Below are positions 19,240-28,754 of a stretch of 64,000 bases of DNA, one piece after another. Source of the DNA: a candidate division WOR-3 bacterium (GTDB taxonomy: Bacteria > Hydrothermota > 32-111); the NCBI GenBank assembly GCA_037481815.1, contig JBBFKX010000002.1, positions 128,001 to 192,000 on the forward strand. Reading direction: 5' to 3'. A program made the position numbers and the translations under genes. The first letter of the stretch is position 1. Each line of letters starts with the position of its first letter. Under the pieces are notes generated by a model. That model was not told the DNA's origin. It made no database searches and saw only the letters and a list, made by a program, of their open reading frames with translations.

Positions 19240-20116
19240 TCACCCCTTCTTTATTTAAAAGTTCCCTGTATTTTTTCTTTGCTATCATCCCCCCAAGTTC
19301 CTCAACTCCTTTTTCAAGAACCTTTTCAAAAAGAATCTTTTTCATATTTCTGATCTTCGCTTCATCCAAAAATCTGTCAGCACTTTCATCTATTTCAATC
19401 ATTTCATCTTTAAATTTTAGAAGACCACCAATCGTTTCGAACCCAGAATTTGTTAAAACATCAACTATGAAATGGAACCAATCTTTTGTGTTAGTGTTTT
19501 TGACTGCAAAAGTATCAAGAATATTGTTTAGACTCTGTTTGAATTCATTCCTGATATTTTCAACAAATGATTTATCAAAGATCAGTCCTTTTGAGATAAG
19601 ATACTCGAGAGATTTATATGATTCAAGCAGAGGAAGGTTGCTCTCCTTGATTATGGTTCTTATATTCTTTTTACCATCAACTATCCTTATTATAACCCAA
19701 TCAGTTTTTCTTAAACTTATATTATCACCAAGACCCTCAGCTCTCTTTTCAAGAACAGCATCAAAAGATGGTAACCTTTTTAGTATATCATCGAATTCGA
19801 TTCTTCTTTTTTCTATCTGGTCCATCAAAGATGATGTATTCGACTGTGTTATCGAAACCTCATCTGTTGTTTCCCCATTTTTATACAAAACTGTCCCGAT
19901 CCTTTCAATCGAGAGATTATACAATGCCTCTTCACCTGTGAAAGAGTTGTAAACAGCATGTTTTGGTAAACCTTTTTCAAAAAATATTTTTCCCTCTTTG
20001 TTATCGATCTGAAAAATCAAAACACCGGTTCTCTCTCTCGATGATATCAAACTTATGAACTCAACTGGACTGAAGATCTCAAGATTAGCTTTTAAATCTA
20101 CCTTTTCTTTATCCAT
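19223..20116 (-). CDS. DUF4388 (PatA-N-like) domain protein
   Basis: LKANLEIFSPVEFISLISSRERTGVL...GKIFFEKG...GEEALY; winged-helix-like IVDGKKNIRTII. Confidence 0.85.
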   Translation of the reverse strand: MDKEKVDLKANLEIFSPVEFISLISSRERTGVLIFQIDNKEGKIFFEKGLPKHAVYNSFTGEEALYNLSIERIGTVLYKNGETTDEVSITQSNTSSLMDQIEKRRIEFDDILKRLPSFDAVLEKRAEGLGDNISLRKTDWVIIRIVDGKKNIRTIIKESNLPLLESYKSLEYLISKGLIFDKSFVENIRNEFKQSLNNILDTFAVKNTNTKDWFHFIVDVLTNSGFETIGGLLKFKDEMIEIDESADRFLDEAKIRNMKKILFEKVLEKGVEELGGMIAKKKYRELLNKEGVSDGSF

Positions 20117-20844
20117 TCCTCATCCTTATATTTTTGAATTAAATTTTGCAACTCTTCATCTTCAAAATCTAATTCAACTTCTTCCCATTCAAAATCTAAC
20201 TCCCTAAAAAAAATATTATAAAACAAAGAAGACATATTTTCGATATTATAAGTTAAACCTGTTAAATTTTCAATATTGTTTGAAAAATTTTTTCCATAAA
20301 TTTTTTCCTGAGAAACAACACTCTCTTTTACAAGAATCGTTCCCTGTTGCAAAAAATTTGTTTCTGAGAACATCTGTGCACTTCCAACGATCTTTTCTCC
20401 ATTATAACTGATTTCATATACCGATTGCGATCCAAAGCAGTTTGCTATAAAATTTTCTTTTTTTTCTCCCTGTGTTAGTTTCGCTTCTATTCCGAGTTCT
20501 TTGAAACCTTTGATAAAAATCTCCGCTATCTTTTTATACCTGTCTAAAAGTCCATGATTTTTTCCAAAATGTTCGATGTTTCCAGCAAAGGAATATGTCA
20601 GATCACCACTGTGGAGAACCGCCCTTCCGCCTGTTATTCTTCTTGTGATATCAATTTTTTCCTTTACAACATAATCGTAATCGATACCAACATTGTATCT
20701 TTGATTGTACCCTATGGTAATCGACGGTTTTGAAAATGAATAAAATCTAAAAAATATTGTATCAATATTTTTATAAGCCCATTCATCTATAGCCATATTT
20801 GTATAGACATCAAAAACAGAGTAATCCAAAAAATAACCTTTCAT
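20098..20844 (-). CDS. Lipoate-protein ligase family, short LipM-like octanoyltransferase
   Basis: NMAIDE, RFYSFSKPSITIG, RRITGGRAVLH, ANCF (candidate catalytic Cys), KIVGSAQ; no LplA C-domain. Confidence 0.88.
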   Translation of the reverse strand: MKGYFLDYSVFDVYTNMAIDEWAYKNIDTIFFRFYSFSKPSITIGYNQRYNVGIDYDYVVKEKIDITRRITGGRAVLHSGDLTYSFAGNIEHFGKNHGLLDRYKKIAEIFIKGFKELGIEAKLTQGEKKENFIANCFGSQSVYEISYNGEKIVGSAQMFSETNFLQQGTILVKESVVSQEKIYGKNFSNNIENLTGLTYNIENMSSLFYNIFFRELDFEWEEVELDFEDEELQNLIQKYKDEEWIKKR

Positions 20845-21458
20845 TTTAAAATTTTAAGCCAGTCAGATAAAAGGAAATAGATTCTTCCGATAAGAAGTGA
20901 AATACGTGCCATCACAGTATAACCAAAAGATGCACCGAATGCAACCATGATAAAGGTTATTCCTATTTTTGAGCCCCATTTTAAAACACCTTTCTGCTCT
21001 TTTGAAAAATAGAAGTAGATAAGGGTTGTTAAAACTCCAAAGATTATCAAAAAGTTGTTAAAAGTTTCAAAATTGAAACCTGTGATTGGAACAAGTGTTG
21101 CTTGAACCTGTGGAAGTATAAAACCCTGTATCGCACCTGTAACCCCAAGTCCCGCTCCAATACCCACAGTGAAAGCGATAGACCATCTTGAAAGCCATGC
21201 GATGTTTGGAAACCATCTCGTCAACATGATTATTCCAAAAAATGCTGGAATAAGCAAAACAAACTCTTTGTTTTTAATCATCGGATCAAGGAGCATCGGT
21301 TGTATAACATAAGCCCAGGTATAAATAAGCCAATAGCCCGCTGTTATTCCAACATAGAGATGTTCTGCAAATTTATAGAAAGGGTTATCCTTATACAGAA
21401 AGGAATATATAAAAAGGGTCAAACCAGCAGCTATCCAGATTCCTATCGTTGTTCCCAT
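20841..21458 (-). CDS. Uncharacterised multi-TM protein, subunit D copy 2
   Basis: About 6 TM; YSFLYKDNPFYKFAE and FIMVAFGAxFGYT shared with 24252-24857. Confidence 0.85.
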   Translation of the reverse strand: MGTTIGIWIAAGLTLFIYSFLYKDNPFYKFAEHLYVGITAGYWLIYTWAYVIQPMLLDPMIKNKEFVLLIPAFFGIIMLTRWFPNIAWLSRWSIAFTVGIGAGLGVTGAIQGFILPQVQATLVPITGFNFETFNNFLIIFGVLTTLIYFYFSKEQKGVLKWGSKIGITFIMVAFGASFGYTVMARISLLIGRIYFLLSDWLKILK

Positions 21459-22294
21459 TATTTTCCTCCTTCTTTACTTTTTGTTCTCTTTTCAATAAAA
21501 TATGCTATGTTTCCTAAAATGATGAAAAGTATTATAACAAGATGTGAATATGACTGTGATGCCATTCCAGCAACAGCTAAATCTGGTTTACCAACAAGCA
21601 CTTCATATTCAGCAGCTCCCTTCATTCCACCAACGAGTCCAACGATCTGGCCTGATTGATAGAAATAGTAAGCATCTGGAGCAGAAACAGCGTTTAAAGC
21701 GAGTGCTATTTTCTGTTTGAATCTTCCCCCTGCATATTCGATCCAGACAAGATAAGTTGCTCCCGCTTCAAGACCGACAAGGAGTGCTATATCGTTATAG
21801 TTATGAACATTCTTCATCATCGGAAAAGAATCGAGAGGAACATTTCTGTAATCAACTTTGAAATAATCCCTTATCTCCTTTCCAATTCCAACTATCTGTG
21901 CAACATAACCAGGTCTATATCCAAGGTTGATATAGTCGACTCCATATTTAGCACCCATCTCTTTTGCGATCTTTTCAAGACCCATCGTTCCAAGAGGTGC
22001 CCCCAGTTGCCATTGAACTATAAGAATTGGTTTCAATTTATTTCTAAAGAGTTGTCTTAAAAGTGCTTCTAAAAATGGCTGCTGCTCTGGCATCGATGCT
22101 GCATCATAATCTATGGATATCATCACATTGCTTCCCTCTGGTAAATTTTCGATATAGTTGTAAACATCCTTTACTGGCTGTGAGGGAACAACTGGAAATT
22201 TTGGTTTTAGAAGTAAAGGTAAAATCACAACTATTGCAATGAATATATATATGAACCTTCTATCGACTTTTAAAAGTTTTAGAAAGATATTCAT
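21458..22294 (-). CDS. Uncharacterised membrane-anchored alpha/beta protein, subunit C copy 2
   Basis: N- and C-terminal TM; DYD, GLVGGMKGAAEYE, IILGNIAYF shared with 24857-25723. Confidence 0.85.
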   Translation of the reverse strand: MNIFLKLLKVDRRFIYIFIAIVVILPLLLKPKFPVVPSQPVKDVYNYIENLPEGSNVMISIDYDAASMPEQQPFLEALLRQLFRNKLKPILIVQWQLGAPLGTMGLEKIAKEMGAKYGVDYINLGYRPGYVAQIVGIGKEIRDYFKVDYRNVPLDSFPMMKNVHNYNDIALLVGLEAGATYLVWIEYAGGRFKQKIALALNAVSAPDAYYFYQSGQIVGLVGGMKGAAEYEVLVGKPDLAVAGMASQSYSHLVIILFIILGNIAYFIEKRTKSKEGGK

Positions 22295-22303
22295 AATAAC
22301 TCC

Positions 22304-22942
22304 TTATGAAAGATAACTTCTTTCAATACCTAAAATTATTCTTATTGAAACACCTAAAGCACCAAGGGAAATTCCAAGACCAATACCTCTTTTTGCAGCC
22401 ATCTGTGGAACCTGCATGATCCATTCCGTAAACTTTGGAAGATAAGGTGAAATCTGTTCTCCAAGAGGAACCCTTCCAAGCATAACTATTATCGCTGTGA
22501 TCAGAAGAAGTGTTGCATCAAAATTTCTCGCTCTAAAAGCTCTGTATGCGGCCGATGCTATAAAGAAAGCGAGCAGTGAAAACATCGTCGTCTGAAGTGG
22601 AACTATAAAATAGTTATATATGTATGTAAAATATGACTTATCATCAAACGCTGTTCCAAACCTGACAGTTTCTATTATTCCAACAACTACTGTTGCAACA
22701 AAACCAAAAATCAATACAAGTGAAAAGAACCAGTTCTCATCTTTCCTTTTAACCTTTCTAAAATGCATACCTATCAAAGAATCAACTCCAAGAAGCATTG
22801 TAAAACCTGCAATTATCGAATACCAGTTCAAAGAAATTTTTTCTATATCACCAAAAGGTTTATGTGGAATAAAAAAAGAAACGATCATGATCATGCCAAC
22901 AAGAAAGGTTATAAAAATCGGGATACCTTTTCCTTTTAACAT
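22304..22942 (-). CDS. Uncharacterised multi-TM protein, subunit B copy 2
   Basis: FSLLAFFIASAAYRAFRARNFDATLLL...GRVPLG...ILGIER shared with 25720-26397. Confidence 0.85.
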   Translation of the reverse strand: MLKGKGIPIFITFLVGMIMIVSFFIPHKPFGDIEKISLNWYSIIAGFTMLLGVDSLIGMHFRKVKRKDENWFFSLVLIFGFVATVVVGIIETVRFGTAFDDKSYFTYIYNYFIVPLQTTMFSLLAFFIASAAYRAFRARNFDATLLLITAIIVMLGRVPLGEQISPYLPKFTEWIMQVPQMAAKRGIGLGISLGALGVSIRIILGIERSYLS

Positions 22943-22953
22943 TTATCCTCCTA

Positions 22954-24243
22954 CTATACCTGTAACAAATTGATCAACCAATCGAATACACTTTTTAACA
23001 CTTCTATCTTAAACCCATATCCTAAAACTGAAAGAACAAAACCTATGATGATCAAAAACATAATAAAAACTTTTAAAAGATCCTCAGCCGCTATTGAACC
23101 AAGCATCATCGGTTCTTTCTGTAAATAAACTGAAGCAGCCATCATCTCTTCACCAATAAGAGTGTAATCACAAGCTGCAACAAAGAATGGTAACTGTGCT
23201 GTTTCTGTTGTTCCAGATATCTGTATTGCACCTATCGAATGTCCGGTTTCAGCAAGGATCAAAGATTCTGCAAAGAAAAGCCCCTGTAAAAACACAGCAC
23301 CCGGCTTTTCTCTCATCATCATACCATCAACTCCAGCAGCATATCCGAACTGATCCTGTGTTATATACATTATATCGTTTTTGTTGTAAAGATCGGGTCT
23401 TCCAGCCTCTGTAAAAGCCTCCTTCACAACTTCCTGTGCTGTTGTCATAACAACTGGATCATAGGAAGGAACAAGAATCCTCGTTTCATAATCGGCGACC
23501 TTTTTCGCGACTCTTCCAAGAATCGTCAGACCCGCTATCGTTGGTATATCGGTTACATATCCTATCCCCAGGATATACATGATAGGTTTTCCCATCTCTG
23601 TACTTCTTCCAACCGCTTCTTCAACAGCATCAAGTCCGTTTATTTTTCTTATATAAAGATCTTTTCCACTCTTTGCAAGGTTCAAATAATATAAAAATAC
23701 AAAAGCGATTATGATTAAAGAAACAAGAACAGGTATCCTTGAAAGATTAAACCATGATGATTTTGAAACTATCGCTTCTGTCTCTCCTGTTATGTAAAAA
23801 GTATCGTTTCCAAATATATAAGTACCGTTTTTTAAATATTCTGATCCATTTGAAATCAGTTTGTTTAAAAACTGTTCGTTGATCATGTTTTGGCTCAAAA
23901 TTCCCGTGTAATAATAATTCGTATTATCCTTTACTCTTGAGGGTTCCTCTTCAGAACTAACATCTCTTACCTGCATCGAAGAGACGAGAAGATCTGTTGC
24001 AACAACCATTAAATTGTTTGAATCATCCCTTCTTAAAACAGTTAGAAACCAGTTTCCCAAAGAATCAGGAAAACACCAGTTGATCTGGATTCCTCCACCA
24101 CCATCGTTCGGTATATCGTTTCCTGTAAGTTTAAAATCCAAAAAAGGGTTTTGGTTTTCTAAAAAGATTAAACTATCATTTTCCTGAGAAAAGAGAAAAA
24201 CTGAAAAAACTAAAAAAATCAAAAGAAGGGTTTTTTTTAACAC
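22954..24243 (-). CDS. DUF6754-like protein, subunit A copy 2 (signal peptide, Fn3-like ectodomain, TM, alpha/beta domain, TM)
   Basis: IRKINGLDAVEEAVGRSTEMG, QFGYAA, AESLILAE, QLPFFVAACDYTLIGEEMMAASVYL. Confidence 0.8.
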   Translation of the reverse strand: MLKKTLLLIFLVFSVFLFSQENDSLIFLENQNPFLDFKLTGNDIPNDGGGGIQINWCFPDSLGNWFLTVLRRDDSNNLMVVATDLLVSSMQVRDVSSEEEPSRVKDNTNYYYTGILSQNMINEQFLNKLISNGSEYLKNGTYIFGNDTFYITGETEAIVSKSSWFNLSRIPVLVSLIIIAFVFLYYLNLAKSGKDLYIRKINGLDAVEEAVGRSTEMGKPIMYILGIGYVTDIPTIAGLTILGRVAKKVADYETRILVPSYDPVVMTTAQEVVKEAFTEAGRPDLYNKNDIMYITQDQFGYAAGVDGMMMREKPGAVFLQGLFFAESLILAETGHSIGAIQISGTTETAQLPFFVAACDYTLIGEEMMAASVYLQKEPMMLGSIAAEDLLKVFIMFLIIIGFVLSVLGYGFKIEVLKSVFDWLINLLQV

Positions 24244-24251
24244 CTCTCCTC

Positions 24252-24857
24252 CTATTTAATAATTCCAAGCCAATCGGACAGAAGAAACTGAATTCTACCG
24301 ATGAAAAGGGAAACCCTCGCCATAATCGTATAACCGAACGCTGCACCAAATGCAACCATTATGAATGTGATTCCCACTTTCGAGACCTTTCCTACAAAAC
24401 CTTTATGTTCGAGTGAAAAGAAAAAATAAACAAGAGTTGAAATAACTCCAACAACTATGATCAAACTTCCAACATCAAGTTTCAACGGCATCGTTGCATA
24501 GATCTGTTTGAAGAGAAACTCAAAAGAGGATGGAACCGAAAGCCCTGTTCCCGCTCCAACAACAAACGCTATCGGTATCCTTGAAAGATATGCAACATTC
24601 TTGAAAAATCTTGAAAACATTAAAAGACCTAAAATAAGCGGTATAAGAACAAGAAAATTTTTATCATAAACAAGTGGATTGAAAACTTTTGTGATTATCG
24701 TATTATGCCAGTAAACAGATATTCCATAACCTATCGAGATTCCAACAAGCAGGTATTCTGCAAACTTATAGAAGGGATTATCTTTATATAAAAATGAATA
24801 GATTGCAAGAGTGAGTAATGCAGCTATCCATATCCAGATATTTGTTGATATAGCCAT
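24252..24857 (-). CDS. Uncharacterised multi-TM protein, subunit D copy 1
   Basis: Paralogue of 20841-21458. Confidence 0.85.
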   Translation of the reverse strand: MAISTNIWIWIAALLTLAIYSFLYKDNPFYKFAEYLLVGISIGYGISVYWHNTIITKVFNPLVYDKNFLVLIPLILGLLMFSRFFKNVAYLSRIPIAFVVGAGTGLSVPSSFEFLFKQIYATMPLKLDVGSLIIVVGVISTLVYFFFSLEHKGFVGKVSKVGITFIMVAFGAAFGYTIMARVSLFIGRIQFLLSDWLGIIK

Positions 24858-25723
24858 TATTTACCCTCCTTTTTCTTCTTAACAAAATATGCAATATTAC
24901 CAAGTATTATCAAAATTATAAAAAAGATGTGTGCTGATGATTGAGCATCCATCCCTATTGAAGCATCCTTTCTTCCTCCATAAACATTTTTCTTACCAAG
25001 TAAATGTTCATACTCAGCAGCACCTTTAAGACCTCCAAGCATTCCTATTGCCTGTTTTGATTGTAGATATGAATAATACTCTGCTGCTGAAACTGCGGTT
25101 GTTCCAATTCCCATTTTTAAACCATATCTGCCATTTGCATAAATGAGCCATGTTAAAACAACAGAACTTCCCGCGAGTTCAACCATCAGATTTATGTCTT
25201 TATAATTTTTTATTCCATTCATTATTTCAAGTTCAGAAAGTTTATTCCCATAACCATCCTCATTAAAAGTTTGTGTAATGTCCTCTCCCATCTTCAAAAC
25301 TACAGCACTGACTCCAGGAACATAAGCAAGAAGTGTTATATCCTTTCCAAGTTTTTTTGGATTATCGGGATTACTCTTGTTCCACTCTCTTAAAACGTTA
25401 TCTATAGCATCCTGAGCCATTCCAGCACCCTGTGGATAAAGTGTCACAAAAAGAACCCTTAAATTGTTTGATAGTGCATGTGCTGCGATAACTTTTGCCA
25501 TCGGATGGAGTTCAGCCATCGTTGAAGGATCATAATCAGCACCAATAAGAACGACTCCACCTTCAGGAATCGAATCTTCTATAAAATCGTAGATCGATTT
25601 TACAGGAGGTGTTGTTTTCATTGGAAATCCTACGGGAAATATGAAAGGAATGATTATGCACAAAGCGAGCACAAGATAGATCCATCTTTTATCGAGATTG
25701 TTGATAAAGTTGATAAATTTCAT
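24857..25723 (-). CDS. Uncharacterised membrane-anchored alpha/beta protein, subunit C copy 1
   Basis: Start MKFINF at an ATGA overlap (trimmed from 25849); GMLGGLKGAAEYE. Confidence 0.85.
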   Translation of the reverse strand: MKFINFINNLDKRWIYLVLALCIIIPFIFPVGFPMKTTPPVKSIYDFIEDSIPEGGVVLIGADYDPSTMAELHPMAKVIAAHALSNNLRVLFVTLYPQGAGMAQDAIDNVLREWNKSNPDNPKKLGKDITLLAYVPGVSAVVLKMGEDITQTFNEDGYGNKLSELEIMNGIKNYKDINLMVELAGSSVVLTWLIYANGRYGLKMGIGTTAVSAAEYYSYLQSKQAIGMLGGLKGAAEYEHLLGKKNVYGGRKDASIGMDAQSSAHIFFIILIILGNIAYFVKKKKEGK

Positions 25724-26397
25724 TTTCCACCCCCAAGATATTTCCTTTCGATTCCAAGGATAATCTTTATAGAAGTCGCAATGATACCAAGTTGGACTCC
25801 TATAAGTATTCCCCTCTGTGCTGCCATGTTTGGATATTTCAAGATCCATTCAACAACATCTGGAAGACCTTTATATATAAACTCTCCAAGTGGAACTCTT
25901 CCAAGTGTAACAATGCCTGCTGTTATAAGAAGTAATGTAGCATCAAAACTTCTCGCCCTGAAAGATCTAAACGCTGCTGATGCCATATAGAAAGCAAGAA
26001 GTGAAAAAATCGTTGATTGCATCGGCATCTGCATATACAGATATGTATACATCAAAGGTGTCGTATCGGATGGTTTTACCGATGGAAAAATTTTCATCCA
26101 TAGAGTTGTTGGCATGAAAGCCCCGCCAAATATCCCAAGTGCTGCTGTAACAAAAAGAGAAACAAGCACTATTATCGAGTACTGCCAACCTTCAACTTTT
26201 CTTTTTATCTTTGTAACATGGAGTTCGACAGTTGATTGAACAGCAATTAAGTATGTGAATGCAGAAACGATTATCAACCAATCAAGCATCATATTATAAA
26301 AATTTTTCGATGCTGGATGTGGAACGAAAAATTGCAATATGAGCGCTACACCGAAAATCGCTGAAACTAAAAGTGGTAATGTTCTTCTTACAAACAT
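25720..26397 (-). CDS. Uncharacterised multi-TM protein, subunit B copy 1
   Basis: Paralogue of 22304-22942. Confidence 0.85.
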   Translation of the reverse strand: MFVRRTLPLLVSAIFGVALILQFFVPHPASKNFYNMMLDWLIIVSAFTYLIAVQSTVELHVTKIKRKVEGWQYSIIVLVSLFVTAALGIFGGAFMPTTLWMKIFPSVKPSDTTPLMYTYLYMQMPMQSTIFSLLAFYMASAAFRSFRARSFDATLLLITAGIVTLGRVPLGEFIYKGLPDVVEWILKYPNMAAQRGILIGVQLGIIATSIKIILGIERKYLGGGK

Positions 26398-26405
26398 ATT
26401 AACTC

Positions 26406-27611
26406 CTAACTTTTGAATATGAATCTTAACATTTCAAGAATCTTATCAAGAAAAACTATATGCCCGCCGGTTAACCATGAAATTAAGAGAATGAAGAAAT
26501 AAAGAGTGATCAAAATTATTATAAATCCTTTGAAATAATCCTGAGCTTTCAAAGTTCCAAGAAGTAGTGGCTCTCTCGAAAGGTAAGCACTTGCAGCGTA
26601 AAGTTCTTCTCCGATTATCGTGTAATCACAAGAGGTGATAAAGAAAGGAAGTTGAGTCACAGCATCAGTACCTGCGATCTGAATAGCACCAGTTGTGTTT
26701 CCTGCTTCAGCCATGATAAGTGATTCAGCCCAGAACATTCCAAGTAAAAGGTTTGTTGCTGGCCTTTCTCTTGTCATGATACCTGAAACAGCAGCAGCAT
26801 AACCAAACTGTGAGTCGGTTAAGAAGAAAATATCGTTATCGTTGTAAACATCAGGTCTTCCCGCCTCTGAATAAGATTCCTTCACTACCTCTTTTGCAAC
26901 AGTCATAACTATTGGGTCCCTGTTTGGAACGATCAGTTTTGTTTCATACTCTGCTATCTTTTTCGCAACAGGACCAAGGATATTCAAAGAAGCGATTGTG
27001 GCAATATCTGACATCGTTGAAGATCCGGGGACATACAAAACAGGTCTTCCCATTTCGGTTGCTCGTCCAACCGCCTCATCGAGTGTATCAAGTCCGGAGA
27101 TTTTTCTAACAAAAAGATCTTTTCCCTTTCTTACACTCTCAACGAGAAAAACGATTATCGCAGTGTAAACTATTATCATCAAAAGCAATATGGTCTTTTC
27201 AGTTCTGAACAGGTTCGGTTTTGGAGATACAGAACCTGTGATCAAACATTTTTCAGATTCGTTACCCAAACTATCGGTTACTGAGATATAGTAGTCATAT
27301 TTTTTCTGATAAGATAACCCTTCATCCACTATCTTTACAGGAAATGAGTTGAAAGTTTTTACAACTTTTAAAGTTGTATCGTTTTCCTCTTTTCTGTAAA
27401 GTTTGAAAAGATAATTTTCACCCTCAAGAATTTTTTGACAGGAAATTTCAAGTTTTGTTCCATCATCGTCTCTCACATCCTTTATGGTGAACTCTTTTAA
27501 AATTGCTGGATCAAGTTTTAAACCATTTTCATCTTTAACTGTTTCATTCTGAGGGAAAGATAAAACAAACGATAGAAGGATTAAGATGAAAAAGAAGATT
27601 TTGTTTTTCAT
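26406..27611 (-). CDS. DUF6754-like protein, subunit A copy 1
   Basis: VRKISGLDTLDEAVGRATEMG, QLPFFITSCDYTIIGEELYAASAYL; Fn3-like YDYYISVTDSLGNES. Confidence 0.8.
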   Translation of the reverse strand: MKNKIFFFILILLSFVLSFPQNETVKDENGLKLDPAILKEFTIKDVRDDDGTKLEISCQKILEGENYLFKLYRKEENDTTLKVVKTFNSFPVKIVDEGLSYQKKYDYYISVTDSLGNESEKCLITGSVSPKPNLFRTEKTILLLMIIVYTAIIVFLVESVRKGKDLFVRKISGLDTLDEAVGRATEMGRPVLYVPGSSTMSDIATIASLNILGPVAKKIAEYETKLIVPNRDPIVMTVAKEVVKESYSEAGRPDVYNDNDIFFLTDSQFGYAAAVSGIMTRERPATNLLLGMFWAESLIMAEAGNTTGAIQIAGTDAVTQLPFFITSCDYTIIGEELYAASAYLSREPLLLGTLKAQDYFKGFIIILITLYFFILLISWLTGGHIVFLDKILEMLRFIFKS

Positions 27612-27621
27612 TTGACTCCTT

Positions 27622-28743
27622 TTATTCCTCGATTAATTCTACATTCGCTCTTGGAAGTATTATCCTTTTACCATCTTCAAATTCAAACTCAAGAACTCTG
27701 ACATGTGCTTCTGTTTCTATTTTTTGCAACTGTGAAGGAAGTCCAACAACTCTTCCAATCGCACCAAAATATGGTTGTCTTATGATTCTGACTATAGAGT
27801 TTATGTCCATTCCCATCTCAGCATGTTTTGATTCTTCAACAACAGTATCTATATCATATGTTACGATAACTTCCGGTCTCATAACACCAGCTCTTATCTG
27901 TGTTGCCCCATTTATAGATGCTCTTTTTCCATCATTTTTTGAAAGTATTTCAAAAGTTTTCTTTGCCATCGTCATCTTACCAAAACCTTCCGTAACGATA
28001 ACAGTGATTCCCTTTTCCTCCTGACCGGTTATCGCAACACCTATCTCTTCACCAAGGAAATCTTTAAGATCCTTATCATCTATACCACCAACAACTATTC
28101 CCAGAACACCTTTCTTTACACACTCGTTCAAAACTTCACTCGTCACAAGAGAACCACCGATAACAATCTTTCCTTTCAGTTCATCTGTGATATCATTCTT
28201 TGTCAGAATATAGTCAGGTGATTTTGCAACGAGTTTCAACTCTCCCTTAACCTCTCCACCGATTCCAAATATTCCCTGAATGAATGTTGCTGGTGTTTGA
28301 ACAACTATTCCTTCATTTTCGATAACTTCAACAACTTTTCCGTTAACATAAGCATCGATTTCAACTTTTTTTGGTGGTTTTCTCAACGTCAACATTCCCG
28401 TTATATCAGAATAGTTTTCAACTATTCCCTCTATCGGAGAAGGAATCGAAGTTTTGAAAAGTCCAAAGAATCCTTTTGATTCTGCTATTATCTGATCCTT
28501 TTTTATCTTTTCACCTATCGATACCTTTAAAAACGAAGAAGCTTCTTTTGGTGGTACTCCAAGTTTTCCAGCAAGATTCAATCTTTCAACATCTCCAGGA
28601 AGTTCTGTTCTTGCAACTATATCGTCCGCCTTTACTATGTCTCCAACTTTTACAAGAACCTCACCTTTTAAAGGTAATCTTCTCTCCTTCTTTACTATCG
28701 CTTTTTCAGTAACTTTTAAACCAGGTGTATATGAATGTGCCAT
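27622..28743 (-). CDS. Conserved hypothetical protein with barrel-sandwich hybrid (biotinyl/lipoyl-like) motifs and SH3/KOW-like C-terminus
   Basis: GEVLVKVGDIVKADDIVA, VSIGEKIKKDQIIA, SPIEGIV, AYVNGKVVEV; C-terminal IVRIIRQPYFGAIGRV...PRANVE. Confidence 0.75.
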   Translation of the reverse strand: MAHSYTPGLKVTEKAIVKKERRLPLKGEVLVKVGDIVKADDIVARTELPGDVERLNLAGKLGVPPKEASSFLKVSIGEKIKKDQIIAESKGFFGLFKTSIPSPIEGIVENYSDITGMLTLRKPPKKVEIDAYVNGKVVEVIENEGIVVQTPATFIQGIFGIGGEVKGELKLVAKSPDYILTKNDITDELKGKIVIGGSLVTSEVLNECVKKGVLGIVVGGIDDKDLKDFLGEEIGVAITGQEEKGITVIVTEGFGKMTMAKKTFEILSKNDGKRASINGATQIRAGVMRPEVIVTYDIDTVVEESKHAEMGMDINSIVRIIRQPYFGAIGRVVGLPSQLQKIETEAHVRVLEFEFEDGKRIILPRANVELIEE

Positions 28744-28754
28744 AATTCCTCCAT

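Noticed and set aside
25724..25849. N-terminal extensions of track ORFs (also cdsA, nadC, rpsR, rpsB, frr)
   Set aside because: They overlap upstream genes or leaders; downstream starts have an RBS or coupling overlap and match paralogue or family N-termini.
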